From positions 35,857 through 99,856 of IMG/VR virus record IMGVR_UViG_3300028008_001363: DNA of 64,000 bases. One strand, written 5' to 3'. How positions within the stretch are numbered: the first letter of the stretch is position 1; every line of letters begins with the position of its first letter. Of this stretch, positions 45,344 through 54,281 are shown piece by piece. Source of the DNA: a virus. The notes beneath the pieces were generated by a model. The model made no database searches and had not been told where the DNA came from. It saw only the letters and a list, made by a program, of their open reading frames with translations. The position numbers and the translations under genes were made by a program.

Positions 45344-46527
45344 TACATCATCGCCTTAAATCTTGCATCTAAATCTAAAATATTTTCATCTCTGTATCCA
45401 TCATACCTATTTTGAATCTCTATAAATTCTTTACTTCCAGTATACTCTGTAGTTTCAAGTATATTTATAAGAGTGTCAACTGCAACATATACGTTTCTGT
45501 CATCGGACATACCTAAAGCCACAATAGAGTTAGGTTTATAATTATCTATCCAATTTTTAAGAAAATCTATTGATTTTTGTTTTAACTCTGGTGGTATACA
45601 AGAGACTGCCATGCCTTTTGGCCACCAAACTTGGTTAGGGTCAATCCTTACTTTCGCATTAATCAACTCGTCCCACCATTTATCTATTGTTACTAAATTT
45701 ATGGCAGTACATGTCATCTGAATTGATACATCACAACCTTCATGGGCTTCACTTGCTGACCTATATTTTTCTATGTTATTCTTAATCACATTCCATTTGA
45801 TGTTACTTTTTCTTTGAAATTCTTGTGTTTCACCAGTGCCATCTATTGATAATACAATCTGCAAGCCTGCTCCATCACAAAATCTCATTAAAGTATCAAA
45901 CCATTTCTTTGATGCATTAGTGCCATTTGTTGTTACTACACATCTAATTTTTGGATAATTATCAGCAATATGGTTCATAAACTTTCTTACTCCTAAATCA
46001 ATAGAAGGTTCTCCACCTAGAATAGATATCTCTTCGCAGTCACTTAAGTCTAAGTCATAAACATCATTTGTGTCTATGTGTAGTATAAAATCTTTTCCTG
46101 TATGCTTAATAGCCTCTTCTTCAAGCAAGGATGACGATGATGGTCCACACATTCTACACATCATATTACATTTATTACCCGCTCTGTAATCAAGTCTCAC
46201 AATTTTAGTTATTCCATCTGGTGAATTACAATTGGCGTCAGGACAAACTTCTTCTCCACCGCAGTGTGATTGCAAATCGTATTGTTCGTAAAATGTTCTT
46301 CTGGAATCCTTACCTAAACTCTCATTATGTATGCATTCTCTACAAAATATAGATTCCTTATCATCGTACATTCTTTTTTTGAAGTCACGCAGATAGTCAG
46401 ACTTTTCATATTCTTTTACGGTGCCTTCGAAAGTCTCACCTTTCCATTCACAGCATGGTCTACATCCTTGTGTACCTTCATAATATAGACCCAACCAAGG
46501 GGCGTTACAGTAAGGTTTATCTCTCAT
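45343..46527 (-). CDS. Radical SAM protein, N-terminal twitch type
   Basis: YCNAPW, RPCC, CREC, CNMMCRMC, LGGEPS. Confidence 0.92.
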   Translation of the reverse strand: MRDKPYCNAPWLGLYYEGTQGCRPCCEWKGETFEGTVKEYEKSDYLRDFKKRMYDDKESIFCRECIHNESLGKDSRRTFYEQYDLQSHCGGEEVCPDANCNSPDGITKIVRLDYRAGNKCNMMCRMCGPSSSSLLEEEAIKHTGKDFILHIDTNDVYDLDLSDCEEISILGGEPSIDLGVRKFMNHIADNYPKIRCVVTTNGTNASKKWFDTLMRFCDGAGLQIVLSIDGTGETQEFQRKSNIKWNVIKNNIEKYRSASEAHEGCDVSIQMTCTAINLVTIDKWWDELINAKVRIDPNQVWWPKGMAVSCIPPELKQKSIDFLKNWIDNYKPNSIVALGMSDDRNVYVAVDTLINILETTEYTGSKEFIEIQNRYDGYRDENILDLDARFKAMM

Positions 46528-46530
46528 CTA

Positions 46531-47895
46531 TTACTCTTCAAATAGGTCTTTATATTGGGGAACTATATCTAAAATGTTTTGGTCACGAGTTCCATCTAAT
46601 GCTTTTGTCATCTTAACAAAATCAGGTAACCATTTTTCCGAATAATCTTCACTCATCATAAATCTAACTGTTGAATCTAAAACTGTACAAAAGTGCTTCT
46701 TAGTTTTGTCGGGATGGTCACTTGCCATTACCCATTCTTTGTACTCATCATATAGTTCTACCACTTCTTGTTTATTCTTTTCTGGTAGTACTTTGATGTT
46801 ATAATATTTTGGTGAGTGACACATGTGTTGTGTTATTGTTGGACGTGGACAATGCCAAGGATTAAACTTGTCTAGTCCAGACTCTTCTAGTTTCCATTTC
46901 ATAAACTCTGGCATATGATATACATTCATCGGTGTAACGGTAAAGGCAAACCATGCTTTCAAGTTTATACGTTCATTGTCATTTAATGTTTTCATATGTT
47001 TATAGACTGCTGGAAACTTTGCTGGTGTTCTTTGATAATCAAATACATCATTACAACCATCTATACTAACACCAATACGTATCTGCTTAAACTGTTCCCA
47101 TAAATGAACTAATCTATCAGGCACCATTGTTAGATTTGTATTGTATTCTAATTGTATTTCACTTGCATTGCCACTCTCAACAAGTTTTTCTAAACTCTCT
47201 TGGTGTTCTGCAATGATTAGTGGTTCACCGCCAACGATATATAATTTCTTAGCCTTAGTACAATACTTGTCAAACTGTTCCCAATAATGGTCAGCATTCT
47301 TAAACCAATCATATTGGTCAGTACTCCACTTACCTTTGTTGTTCTGTACTAATTGAATTCTATCGTGTGTATCTTTATATGAAGTGGACTTATGTACTTT
47401 TACAAAGTCATCATACCACATGTGCGAGTCTGTAGGTCCACACATACGACATTTTAGATTACAGAAGTTACCATACCTAATATCAAAGAAATCGATATTC
47501 TGTTTTTCAACATCTAATGTTCCATCTTCTTCAGTGTTTTCAAAAATCTCTTCCTTTGTGAGTTTCCAATCTTCGAACTCATACTCTCTTCTTGACCTTA
47601 TACCATTTACTTCTTCTTGTCTACAACGTTCACATTCAGGATGCCATTCACCTTTCATCATGCTCTTACGAACATCTTTTAATATGACTGCATTTCTGGC
47701 TTCATTGAAATCATCACGGCCTGCATTATATGGCGTACCATCTTCTTTCTTCATTATACCACGTTGTGGTGAATAAGAGTTTGTGTTACAACATATCCTT
47801 AAGTCACCATTGTTTCTTAGATTGATTGAGTTCCATGGTAGTGGACAAAAAGTATTACCTTTTGATTTAGGTACGTTTTCAAAATCTTTAGCCAT
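46531..47895 (-). CDS. Radical SAM protein, N-terminal twitch type
   Basis: FCPLPW, RICC, CERC, CNLKCRMC, VGGEPL. Confidence 0.93.
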   Translation of the reverse strand: MAKDFENVPKSKGNTFCPLPWNSINLRNNGDLRICCNTNSYSPQRGIMKKEDGTPYNAGRDDFNEARNAVILKDVRKSMMKGEWHPECERCRQEEVNGIRSRREYEFEDWKLTKEEIFENTEEDGTLDVEKQNIDFFDIRYGNFCNLKCRMCGPTDSHMWYDDFVKVHKSTSYKDTHDRIQLVQNNKGKWSTDQYDWFKNADHYWEQFDKYCTKAKKLYIVGGEPLIIAEHQESLEKLVESGNASEIQLEYNTNLTMVPDRLVHLWEQFKQIRIGVSIDGCNDVFDYQRTPAKFPAVYKHMKTLNDNERINLKAWFAFTVTPMNVYHMPEFMKWKLEESGLDKFNPWHCPRPTITQHMCHSPKYYNIKVLPEKNKQEVVELYDEYKEWVMASDHPDKTKKHFCTVLDSTVRFMMSEDYSEKWLPDFVKMTKALDGTRDQNILDIVPQYKDLFEE

Positions 47896-47904
47896 AATAT
47901 ATCC

Positions 47905-48555
47905 TTATTTAAATCCCCATTCTTTTTCTTTGCACCACCAACATTCGCCGCAATGTCCTAGTCCTGGGTCTTTTATGTTGTTTTTAGTAAAGTAGTCACA
48001 GGTCGGGTCATACTCACAACTTCTAGTAACTTGTAGTAAAGTATCTATTAAGTTTTCTTCTCTATACATCTTTGCTATACCTTGTTTGTTTGTGTTCGCC
48101 CAAGGCATATAAAACTTATCATTGTGATAATACATGACATTATTGCCGTCATCTTTCCTAGAGTAATCAAAGTCAAAAACTGGTACAAACTTACTAGCAA
48201 CTTCATTCGGTGGGTTCATTGTTGTTCCATCATATACTCTATTTAGGTTGCCACTTTCTACATCATTTTTGGGAGCATCACACATTGAACTGTCTGTTGC
48301 CGCTTCATCATAATGTATATGATGCACTACGTTATTGTTTCCTGTTAGTTGAATGCACTTCTCTACAACTACTGGAGCAACAATAGAATTTCTTCTAAAC
48401 TTTAGATTACTTCCTGTTGTATAGATATGAATAGTGTCGGTAGTATTCTTCATTAGATAGTATAATAAAATAGAACTATCTACACCACCACTCACCATTA
48501 TTCCTACGGGACCCTCAACTATCTCAAGTTCAACTCCCGCACAATCAATTAACAC
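47905..48555 (-). CDS. QueC-like PP-loop ATP pyrophosphatase (paralog 2)
   Basis: VSGGVDSS, TRSCE, CGECWWC. Confidence 0.8.
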   Translation of the reverse strand: MLIDCAGVELEIVEGPVGIMVSGGVDSSILLYYLMKNTTDTIHIYTTGSNLKFRRNSIVAPVVVEKCIQLTGNNNVVHHIHYDEAATDSSMCDAPKNDVESGNLNRVYDGTTMNPPNEVASKFVPVFDFDYSRKDDGNNVMYYHNDKFYMPWANTNKQGIAKMYREENLIDTLLQVTRSCEYDPTCDYFTKNNIKDPGLGHCGECWWCKEKEWGFK

Positions 48556-49214
48556 TACACTAAGTCTCCTGCCAATGGAAATATCTCTGCGATAACTTTA
48601 GCACATTCGTGTGCAATTTCCATGTGTTCTTTTTGTGTACCATTTGCGCCACGTAATTCGATGTAATGTACCCAACTACGAATTGAACCATTCATATACA
48701 ATCGTGTCTTAGTATTGCCTTCAGGTAGAACAACCCTTGCTTGTTCTTTAGCAATGCCCGAATCGATAGCCCAGTCATATACTTCTTTGGCTTTATCAAT
48801 CACTTCTTGTTGTTTACTACGCCAAGCAAAATGAATGTCTTCATCACTATCAACTTCTACACTGTTCTGCCTATTCTTTGTATCTTGTAATCTTGCTTCA
48901 CGTAATACAAACTGGTCACCCATTTCTTCTGGGTTAGCATAACGTTGACTGAATTCTTGGAATGAGAAACTACGGTGACGCACAATTTGGTGTGCAATGT
49001 CACGTGTTGTTTCAATCTCTAAACATGCACTAACCATTTCAAGTGGTGACCAATGCTGGTGTTTGATGAGATACTTAATTAGTTTCTCACTTGTTTCTTT
49101 ATTGATTTGATTGTTTGGATTGCTTACTTTGGCACAGTATGCAATTAGTTCCTGTACGTTGTCTAGTTCTGAACCAACTGGTGCTGTACTATGTGATATT
49201 AGTTTTACTGACAT
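48555..49214 (-). CDS. thyX: Flavin-dependent thymidylate synthase
   Basis: HWSPLE, RHRSFSFQEFSQRY, EQARVVLP, TQKEH. Confidence 0.96.
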   Translation of the reverse strand: MSVKLISHSTAPVGSELDNVQELIAYCAKVSNPNNQINKETSEKLIKYLIKHQHWSPLEMVSACLEIETTRDIAHQIVRHRSFSFQEFSQRYANPEEMGDQFVLREARLQDTKNRQNSVEVDSDEDIHFAWRSKQQEVIDKAKEVYDWAIDSGIAKEQARVVLPEGNTKTRLYMNGSIRSWVHYIELRGANGTQKEHMEIAHECAKVIAEIFPLAGDLV

Positions 49215-49215
49215 T

Positions 49216-50751
49216 TTATTCCTTGTCTCTGTCTAATTCTGATGTGTTTACATGAAAGCCGTCGTCTTCTAATTCTCTTAAAAGTCTGTCATCAAACTCT
49301 CCATCCCAGTCATCTCCGTCATCTGGTTTCCAATCTAATAGGGCTGCCATCTCAGGAAATACATCTCTAAAGTTTGTATCTCTGATTGCATCCATCTTTT
49401 CAATATACTCAATAAATTCTGGCATACGTTCACGTGACCAATCTCCACTCTCTGAGAATGATAACATGCCTTGTAATCTTTTCACACCATATGATGCTTC
49501 ACGCCAATCTTCATATGATACATCTGAACCTCGTGTACTTAATTCCCAGTTTGCTTCTAACCATTCGATAAACTTATCGAACTTAGCATGTGTCATCTCT
49601 TTGAACCAGTTCGGTAGAACTTTAACATTAAGATGTGGTGGGTGATAAACAAAGTGATAGTTAATCATACCAGCACCAAACGGCCACATGTTAATCTTCT
49701 TAAACTTCATTTCTAGTTTCCACTTAATGAAGTCTGGAAGATAATATATGTTCAAGGCTTGTACTGCACAAGCAACTGTGACTTCTACATTAGGTCCTGT
49801 TTCGTCTAACAATTCAAACATCTTAACAGTGTGGTCCCATTTACTTGGGAATCGAATGTAGTCGTTCATCTCGCCAATACTATCAACACTGTAATGAAAT
49901 CTTACTCGCTTGAACTTATCCCACAAGTCAAACAAACGCTGTGGCATTTCTACACCATTTGAATTGTATCTTAATTCAATACCGCTGGCGTATCCTGCCT
50001 TGACAACTTCTTCTAGTAATGTATAATGTTCTTCAATGATTGTTGCTTCGCCACCTGCAAAGTACAACTGTTTCATATGTGGTATTTGTTCGTATAACTG
50101 TTCCCAGAAAGCAGTATTCTTTTTGTGCCAGTTATAACTTGCACCATCAATCTTTCCTTTACTGCCCCATTGCATAGTTTCTTTTAGTGATTCGTTTTCG
50201 ATACTTGGATGAAGTTTAATCCAATCGGGAACCCATAACGAACTGTCATGTGGTGAACACATGATACATTTTAGGTTACACTTACTACCTAGACGTAAAT
50301 CTAAGTAACGAATCTTTGGTGGTATCTCTCCTTCAACAGAGGTCTCTTCAATAATTTCTTGTAAGTCTACACGTCTTGCCCAATATTCTGTTTCCCAGAA
50401 ACGTTTAGACATGTGACCCGCATCTTCTTCTGCGTAACATTTCAGACATGACGCTGGTTTCTCACCGTTTAGCATTTGCTTTCTGACATTCTTCATGTAG
50501 TCGTTATTCCAACTACTCATCAAGTCAGTAACATTTAGATTGGCTGGTTTGCCATCTGCTTGTTTAAGAACTCCTACCTCGCCACCATGCTCTTTGTCGT
50601 TTGTTGCTCCAACACTTGATGCGTTAGCAGTACAACATACTCGCATATGTCCATTTGGACGTGTACTTAAATGTACCCATGGTAACAGACAGAATGTGTC
50701 TGTGGGTGCTTTGGTTCTTTTGCGCCATTCTTCAATATTTTTATTAGTCAT
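49216..50751 (-). CDS. Radical SAM protein, N-terminal twitch type
   Basis: FCLLPW, RVCC, CLKC, CNLKCIMC, AGGEA; start taken as MTNKN (50751). Confidence 0.93.
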   Translation of the reverse strand: MTNKNIEEWRKRTKAPTDTFCLLPWVHLSTRPNGHMRVCCTANASSVGATNDKEHGGEVGVLKQADGKPANLNVTDLMSSWNNDYMKNVRKQMLNGEKPASCLKCYAEEDAGHMSKRFWETEYWARRVDLQEIIEETSVEGEIPPKIRYLDLRLGSKCNLKCIMCSPHDSSLWVPDWIKLHPSIENESLKETMQWGSKGKIDGASYNWHKKNTAFWEQLYEQIPHMKQLYFAGGEATIIEEHYTLLEEVVKAGYASGIELRYNSNGVEMPQRLFDLWDKFKRVRFHYSVDSIGEMNDYIRFPSKWDHTVKMFELLDETGPNVEVTVACAVQALNIYYLPDFIKWKLEMKFKKINMWPFGAGMINYHFVYHPPHLNVKVLPNWFKEMTHAKFDKFIEWLEANWELSTRGSDVSYEDWREASYGVKRLQGMLSFSESGDWSRERMPEFIEYIEKMDAIRDTNFRDVFPEMAALLDWKPDDGDDWDGEFDDRLLRELEDDGFHVNTSELDRDKE

Positions 50752-50944
50752 CTTTACCTTGTTCTTCAAAGTCTTTTTTCATCCATACCAGATTATTAAT
50801 ATCGCCTCTTGTTAAGCCAATATCTCTTAAGTCTCTGTTTGATAATCTGTTTAGATGCTTAATAGTGTCCCGATGCATTTGCCATGTCATCAGATATTTC
50901 CAGTATCTATACGGAAGTGTATAGATTCGTTTAAATAGTGTCAT
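50744..50944 (-). CDS. DUF1127 / YjiS-like small protein
   Basis: RDTIKHLNRLSNRDLRDIGLTRGDI fits the R..L..L.D..L.DIG..R.DI pattern; start MTLFKR after AAGGAG. Confidence 0.8.
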   Translation of the reverse strand: MTLFKRIYTLPYRYWKYLMTWQMHRDTIKHLNRLSNRDLRDIGLTRGDINNLVWMKKDFEEQGKDD

Positions 50945-50981
50945 AATATTTTTGTTTCTCCTTCTTATTATCAACAATCAG

Positions 50982-50989
50982 TATTTATC
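50982..50989 (-). promoter_or_regulatory. T4-late-like box GATAAATA (minus strand)
   Basis: TATTTATC on plus; intergenic, upstream of DUF1127 and the rSAM array. Confidence 0.55.
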
Positions 50990-50997
50990 TACTGAGT

Positions 50998-52101
50998 TTA
51001 ATCGAACTGTGCCTTGAAGGCATCAAATTCTTCGCCACATTTCTGGGCACATACCATTGGTTTACCCAAGTGTACATTCGCTTTACTCCACGAGTCAACT
51101 AGTCTGCCCGTGAAATACTCATTATTAAGAACTACTTTTAGTCCATGTTTTTTGGCATCAAATACATCTTTACCACCAGATTGTTGTAATAATTCCCATA
51201 CTTGGTTTTCGCCTGGCTTTTGCCAGAACTTGTACATGCTTCCAGCAACCCAACAACAAGGTAGAATTAATCCTTCAGCACTGAGATACATACTCTTCTC
51301 TGCGGCTACTTTACATTTGATTTTTACATTATCAAAGTATTGCTCAAGTGAGCCGTGTTTCTCTTCTAATTTTATAATGTCTTTAGTAGCCTTATTCTGA
51401 TACTTTACTTCTTTTGGTTTCTGTAGAAGTTGTTGTGCTTCGCCTTTTCGATTGACTGCCTGATGGTCTTCTTTACCTGTCTTCTTCATTGTAGAGAAAA
51501 ATCTACCAGTCTTCTTCTTCATAAACTTTTCAAAGCCTTTTTCTTTTGCAAGTGCTTCTGCTTCTTCTACTTGATGCTCGTTATGTGCGAAGATTATATA
51601 ATCCCAATGGGCTCTGCCACCTGCTTCGATGAATGCCATTGCATTTCTCCAAGCAATATCCCAATTGACACCTTGACGATACAAATGGTTAGTATCACCT
51701 AGTCCATCAAACGAGAATGTAACGTGTCCTTTGTTACCTAGAACTTTTGCTAAGTCTCTCCACCAATCTTCTTTCTTTGCACCAGCATTTGTATTCATGT
51801 TTAACCACATGTTTGAATTCTGTTCTCTTAGATACTTGAATACTTCTAGTGTGTCGTTTGCAATGATAGGGTCACCAAAATTGCCACACATGTAAAGTCT
51901 ATCTAATTGTTTTACGAATTCTGGTGTTAGAATTTTCTGAACATCACTTACTGTTAATTCATGTAACCCTTTCTTGCCACCAAGATTAGGATTATCAACA
52001 CCACCTTTGACGTTTCTGTCACACATTGGACAAGATGCTTGACACTTCTCCGTAATCTCTAAGTGTACTGCTCTTACATCTTCGTGGTTATATAGATTCA
52101 T
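50998..52101 (-). CDS. Radical SAM / SPASM protein
   Basis: EITEKCQASCPMC, CGNFGDP, FSFDG, KC...ILPCCW...CAQKC. Confidence 0.93.
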   Translation of the reverse strand: MNLYNHEDVRAVHLEITEKCQASCPMCDRNVKGGVDNPNLGGKKGLHELTVSDVQKILTPEFVKQLDRLYMCGNFGDPIIANDTLEVFKYLREQNSNMWLNMNTNAGAKKEDWWRDLAKVLGNKGHVTFSFDGLGDTNHLYRQGVNWDIAWRNAMAFIEAGGRAHWDYIIFAHNEHQVEEAEALAKEKGFEKFMKKKTGRFFSTMKKTGKEDHQAVNRKGEAQQLLQKPKEVKYQNKATKDIIKLEEKHGSLEQYFDNVKIKCKVAAEKSMYLSAEGLILPCCWVAGSMYKFWQKPGENQVWELLQQSGGKDVFDAKKHGLKVVLNNEYFTGRLVDSWSKANVHLGKPMVCAQKCGEEFDAFKAQFD

Positions 52102-53493
52102 TTACTTATGTCCTATTAACATGTAACGATTGTACTCTTCTAGTGCTAATTCGCCCTCGTATAAGGTTTCAGATAGATTTAATTTTTCTTTAAATTCTTC
52201 TAAACTATTTACAGTACCTTCTGCGTGTTCATGTGCTTCATCATCATCAAAGTCATTGTTCTGCATTATTACTAGCATGCCATCTGGAATGCCATCCCAC
52301 CATTTATCAAAGTCTTCTATGTGTTCACAACTTGTATTGATTACACAAGTCGCTAGTTCTTCTGGTGACTCTTGTTCTATGGTCGTTGTTTTGAAATCAG
52401 TATTCGTTGAGTACTGGTAGTGAATTGCCTCGAAGTTATCAGAACTATACTTCAATAACTTAATATCTTTTACTATTGCTTTGAATCTACCATTGTCTAT
52501 TGTTTGTTCTTTGTTCAAAGTATCAGCAGGATTATCAGTAGTTGGGTCACTATCAAAACTTAGTATGTTTTGAACATCATTTCTTTCAAATAGTATCGCC
52601 GGTAATACTCCATACCAACCAGCACATACATAAATCATATTACCCAAGTCAATGTCTAGGCTATTAATTGTATCACTAACCCATAGTTTACTTCTTAGTT
52701 GTCCTCTACTAAATGCATCTGTCAAGGCTTGACCTTCAAATCTCTTTAACATTTTGCCCATGTTAGTTGGCAGAGTATACTTTTCTTCAGTCAATCTATG
52801 TGCTAACTTTGGTATATTAGTCTTATACAACGTTGCACTTTTTAATGTACGAATCCATTCATTGTCTGGGTCAATTGCCTGTATTATTTTAAACAGTAAG
52901 AACAAATCTGGTTCAGTCTTTGACGATATGATATTCTTTATCGCACTCAATATGTCTTCACTTTTATCATTTAAATTGATAATCAACCTGAACAATAGTT
53001 CGGTTTGTAACTGAACAAAATTTGAAGAATCACATACATTTTGTAGGGCATTTAATGCCTCGTCTTCACCTGTTATGGCAGTAATAACTCTAAACAATAC
53101 AGGAATGTTTAGTTCAGAAGATTTGCATACATTTTGTAGGGCATTTAATGCTTCATCTTCGCCTGTTATGGCGGTAACAACTCTAAACAATACAGGCACA
53201 TTTATTTCATACGAACTACACAGATTACGCAACGCATGTAATGCCTCATCGTCTTCTCTGATTGCATTGATTACTTTGAATAATACAAATATATTATCCT
53301 CTGGCTTACGTTCATAAACTAGGTTCTTTAATGCACTGATTGTCTCTCTGTGTTCTTTGCCTAAAAGATACGAAGACACCACGATTATACTACTGAGTTC
53401 TTCAGTATTCACTACACGCTCAAGGCTGTTTACAATAGGATGTTTATTTCCATATAGTATTGTAAGTCTATCTGCTATTTCATGCGGTTGCAT
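52102..53493 (-). CDS. Helical-repeat protein with C-terminal class I SAM methyltransferase-like domain
   Basis: YVCAGWYGVL, SFDSD, INTSCEH, QNND; N-terminal 31-aa repeats. Confidence 0.7.
   Translation of the reverse strand: MQPHEIADRLTILYGNKHPIVNSLERVVNTEELSSIIVVSSYLLGKEHRETISALKNLVYERKPEDNIFVLFKVINAIREDDEALHALRNLCSSYEINVPVLFRVVTAITGEDEALNALQNVCKSSELNIPVLFRVITAITGEDEALNALQNVCDSSNFVQLQTELLFRLIINLNDKSEDILSAIKNIISSKTEPDLFLLFKIIQAIDPDNEWIRTLKSATLYKTNIPKLAHRLTEEKYTLPTNMGKMLKRFEGQALTDAFSRGQLRSKLWVSDTINSLDIDLGNMIYVCAGWYGVLPAILFERNDVQNILSFDSDPTTDNPADTLNKEQTIDNGRFKAIVKDIKLLKYSSDNFEAIHYQYSTNTDFKTTTIEQESPEELATCVINTSCEHIEDFDKWWDGIPDGMLVIMQNNDFDDDEAHEHAEGTVNSLEEFKEKLNLSETLYEGELALEEYNRYMLIGHK
53033..53218. 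repeat. In-frame 93-bp tandem duplication (31-aa helical repeat)
   Basis: CATACATTTTGTAGGGCATTTAATGC at 53033 and 53126; protein unit EDEALNALQNVC..IPVLFRV.TAITG; more diverged copies flank it. Confidence 0.9.
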
Positions 53494-54281
53494 TATTTTG
53501 TTCCTATTTTCATAAAATATCTTCTACCGTTCACAGTTAGCATTCCATTATAAAGTTCTAAAGACATTGTATATGCTTTATTAAAAGTGTTCTGGTCTTT
53601 ATATAAATTTTTACTGAATCCTGCCTCACCTACAAGAACCATCTTTACTCCATTTGGTATCATACTATTATACCATTTATCTTCCATATTGTCAAGTTCA
53701 CTTAGATTGGTGTTTACAATAAATCTTGGTTTTTCTTCGAAGCCATCTGACTGTGTTCCGTCTGGCAAATCTAATTGAAATCTGTTTTCCTCATAGTTTA
53801 TATCAAACATATCTTGTCTACTTGCTTTAAATCTCCAGTTAGACAATACTTCCTCTTGCATTAATTGGTCTGCAAGAAACTGGCAAGACTCATCTATATC
53901 AAAACATCTCAAGTTTTCTATTCTTAAATTTGTATCAAGTAACATTGCTGGTAATAATCCTATTCCACCACCTAATACATATGCAGTACCCAAATATTCA
54001 CCACTATAAACACTAAGTATATTTTTAACTATCCAAGAGTATAATACTCCATCATATTTATTAATGTATGTAGCAATGTCTACACTCGGAAAACTATATG
54101 CCAGTCTCTGTAATTTTCTAACTATCCTATCTTCAGAAACATCTGACATTGTAGAGTGTGCAAGAAACTCCATGCAAGTTAAATAATTGGCTATTTGCTG
54201 GCTCTCATTGGGCATAGATAATCTAATTTCTAATGCTTGATGTGGTCCCCAATATTCATCCTGTTGGACAATCGAAGTCAT
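53493..54281 (-). CDS. Methyltransferase-like paralog (degenerate)
   Basis: YVLGGGIGLL, FDIDESC, WRFKAS.QD, VNTN. Confidence 0.6.
   Translation of the reverse strand: MTSIVQQDEYWGPHQALEIRLSMPNESQQIANYLTCMEFLAHSTMSDVSEDRIVRKLQRLAYSFPSVDIATYINKYDGVLYSWIVKNILSVYSGEYLGTAYVLGGGIGLLPAMLLDTNLRIENLRCFDIDESCQFLADQLMQEEVLSNWRFKASRQDMFDINYEENRFQLDLPDGTQSDGFEEKPRFIVNTNLSELDNMEDKWYNSMIPNGVKMVLVGEAGFSKNLYKDQNTFNKAYTMSLELYNGMLTVNGRRYFMKIGTK

Noticed and set aside
40880-48555. Calling the PP-loop genes queC and asserting 7-deazaguanine DNA modification
   Set aside because: No folE, queD, clear queE or dpdA in the window, and both proteins are divergent; left as QueC-like.
37190-52101. Assigning specific rSAM functions (MoaA, NrdG, PqqE, anSME) or a defined RiPP precursor
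   Set aside because: Family-specific motifs and partner genes were not recognised, and no small ORF shows a convincing leader/core pattern.
53033-53218. 93-bp direct repeat as a CRISPR or DGR template/variable pair
   Set aside because: Adjacent, in-frame, with differences mostly synonymous and not adenine-specific; no spacers or reverse transcriptase. It is a protein repeat.
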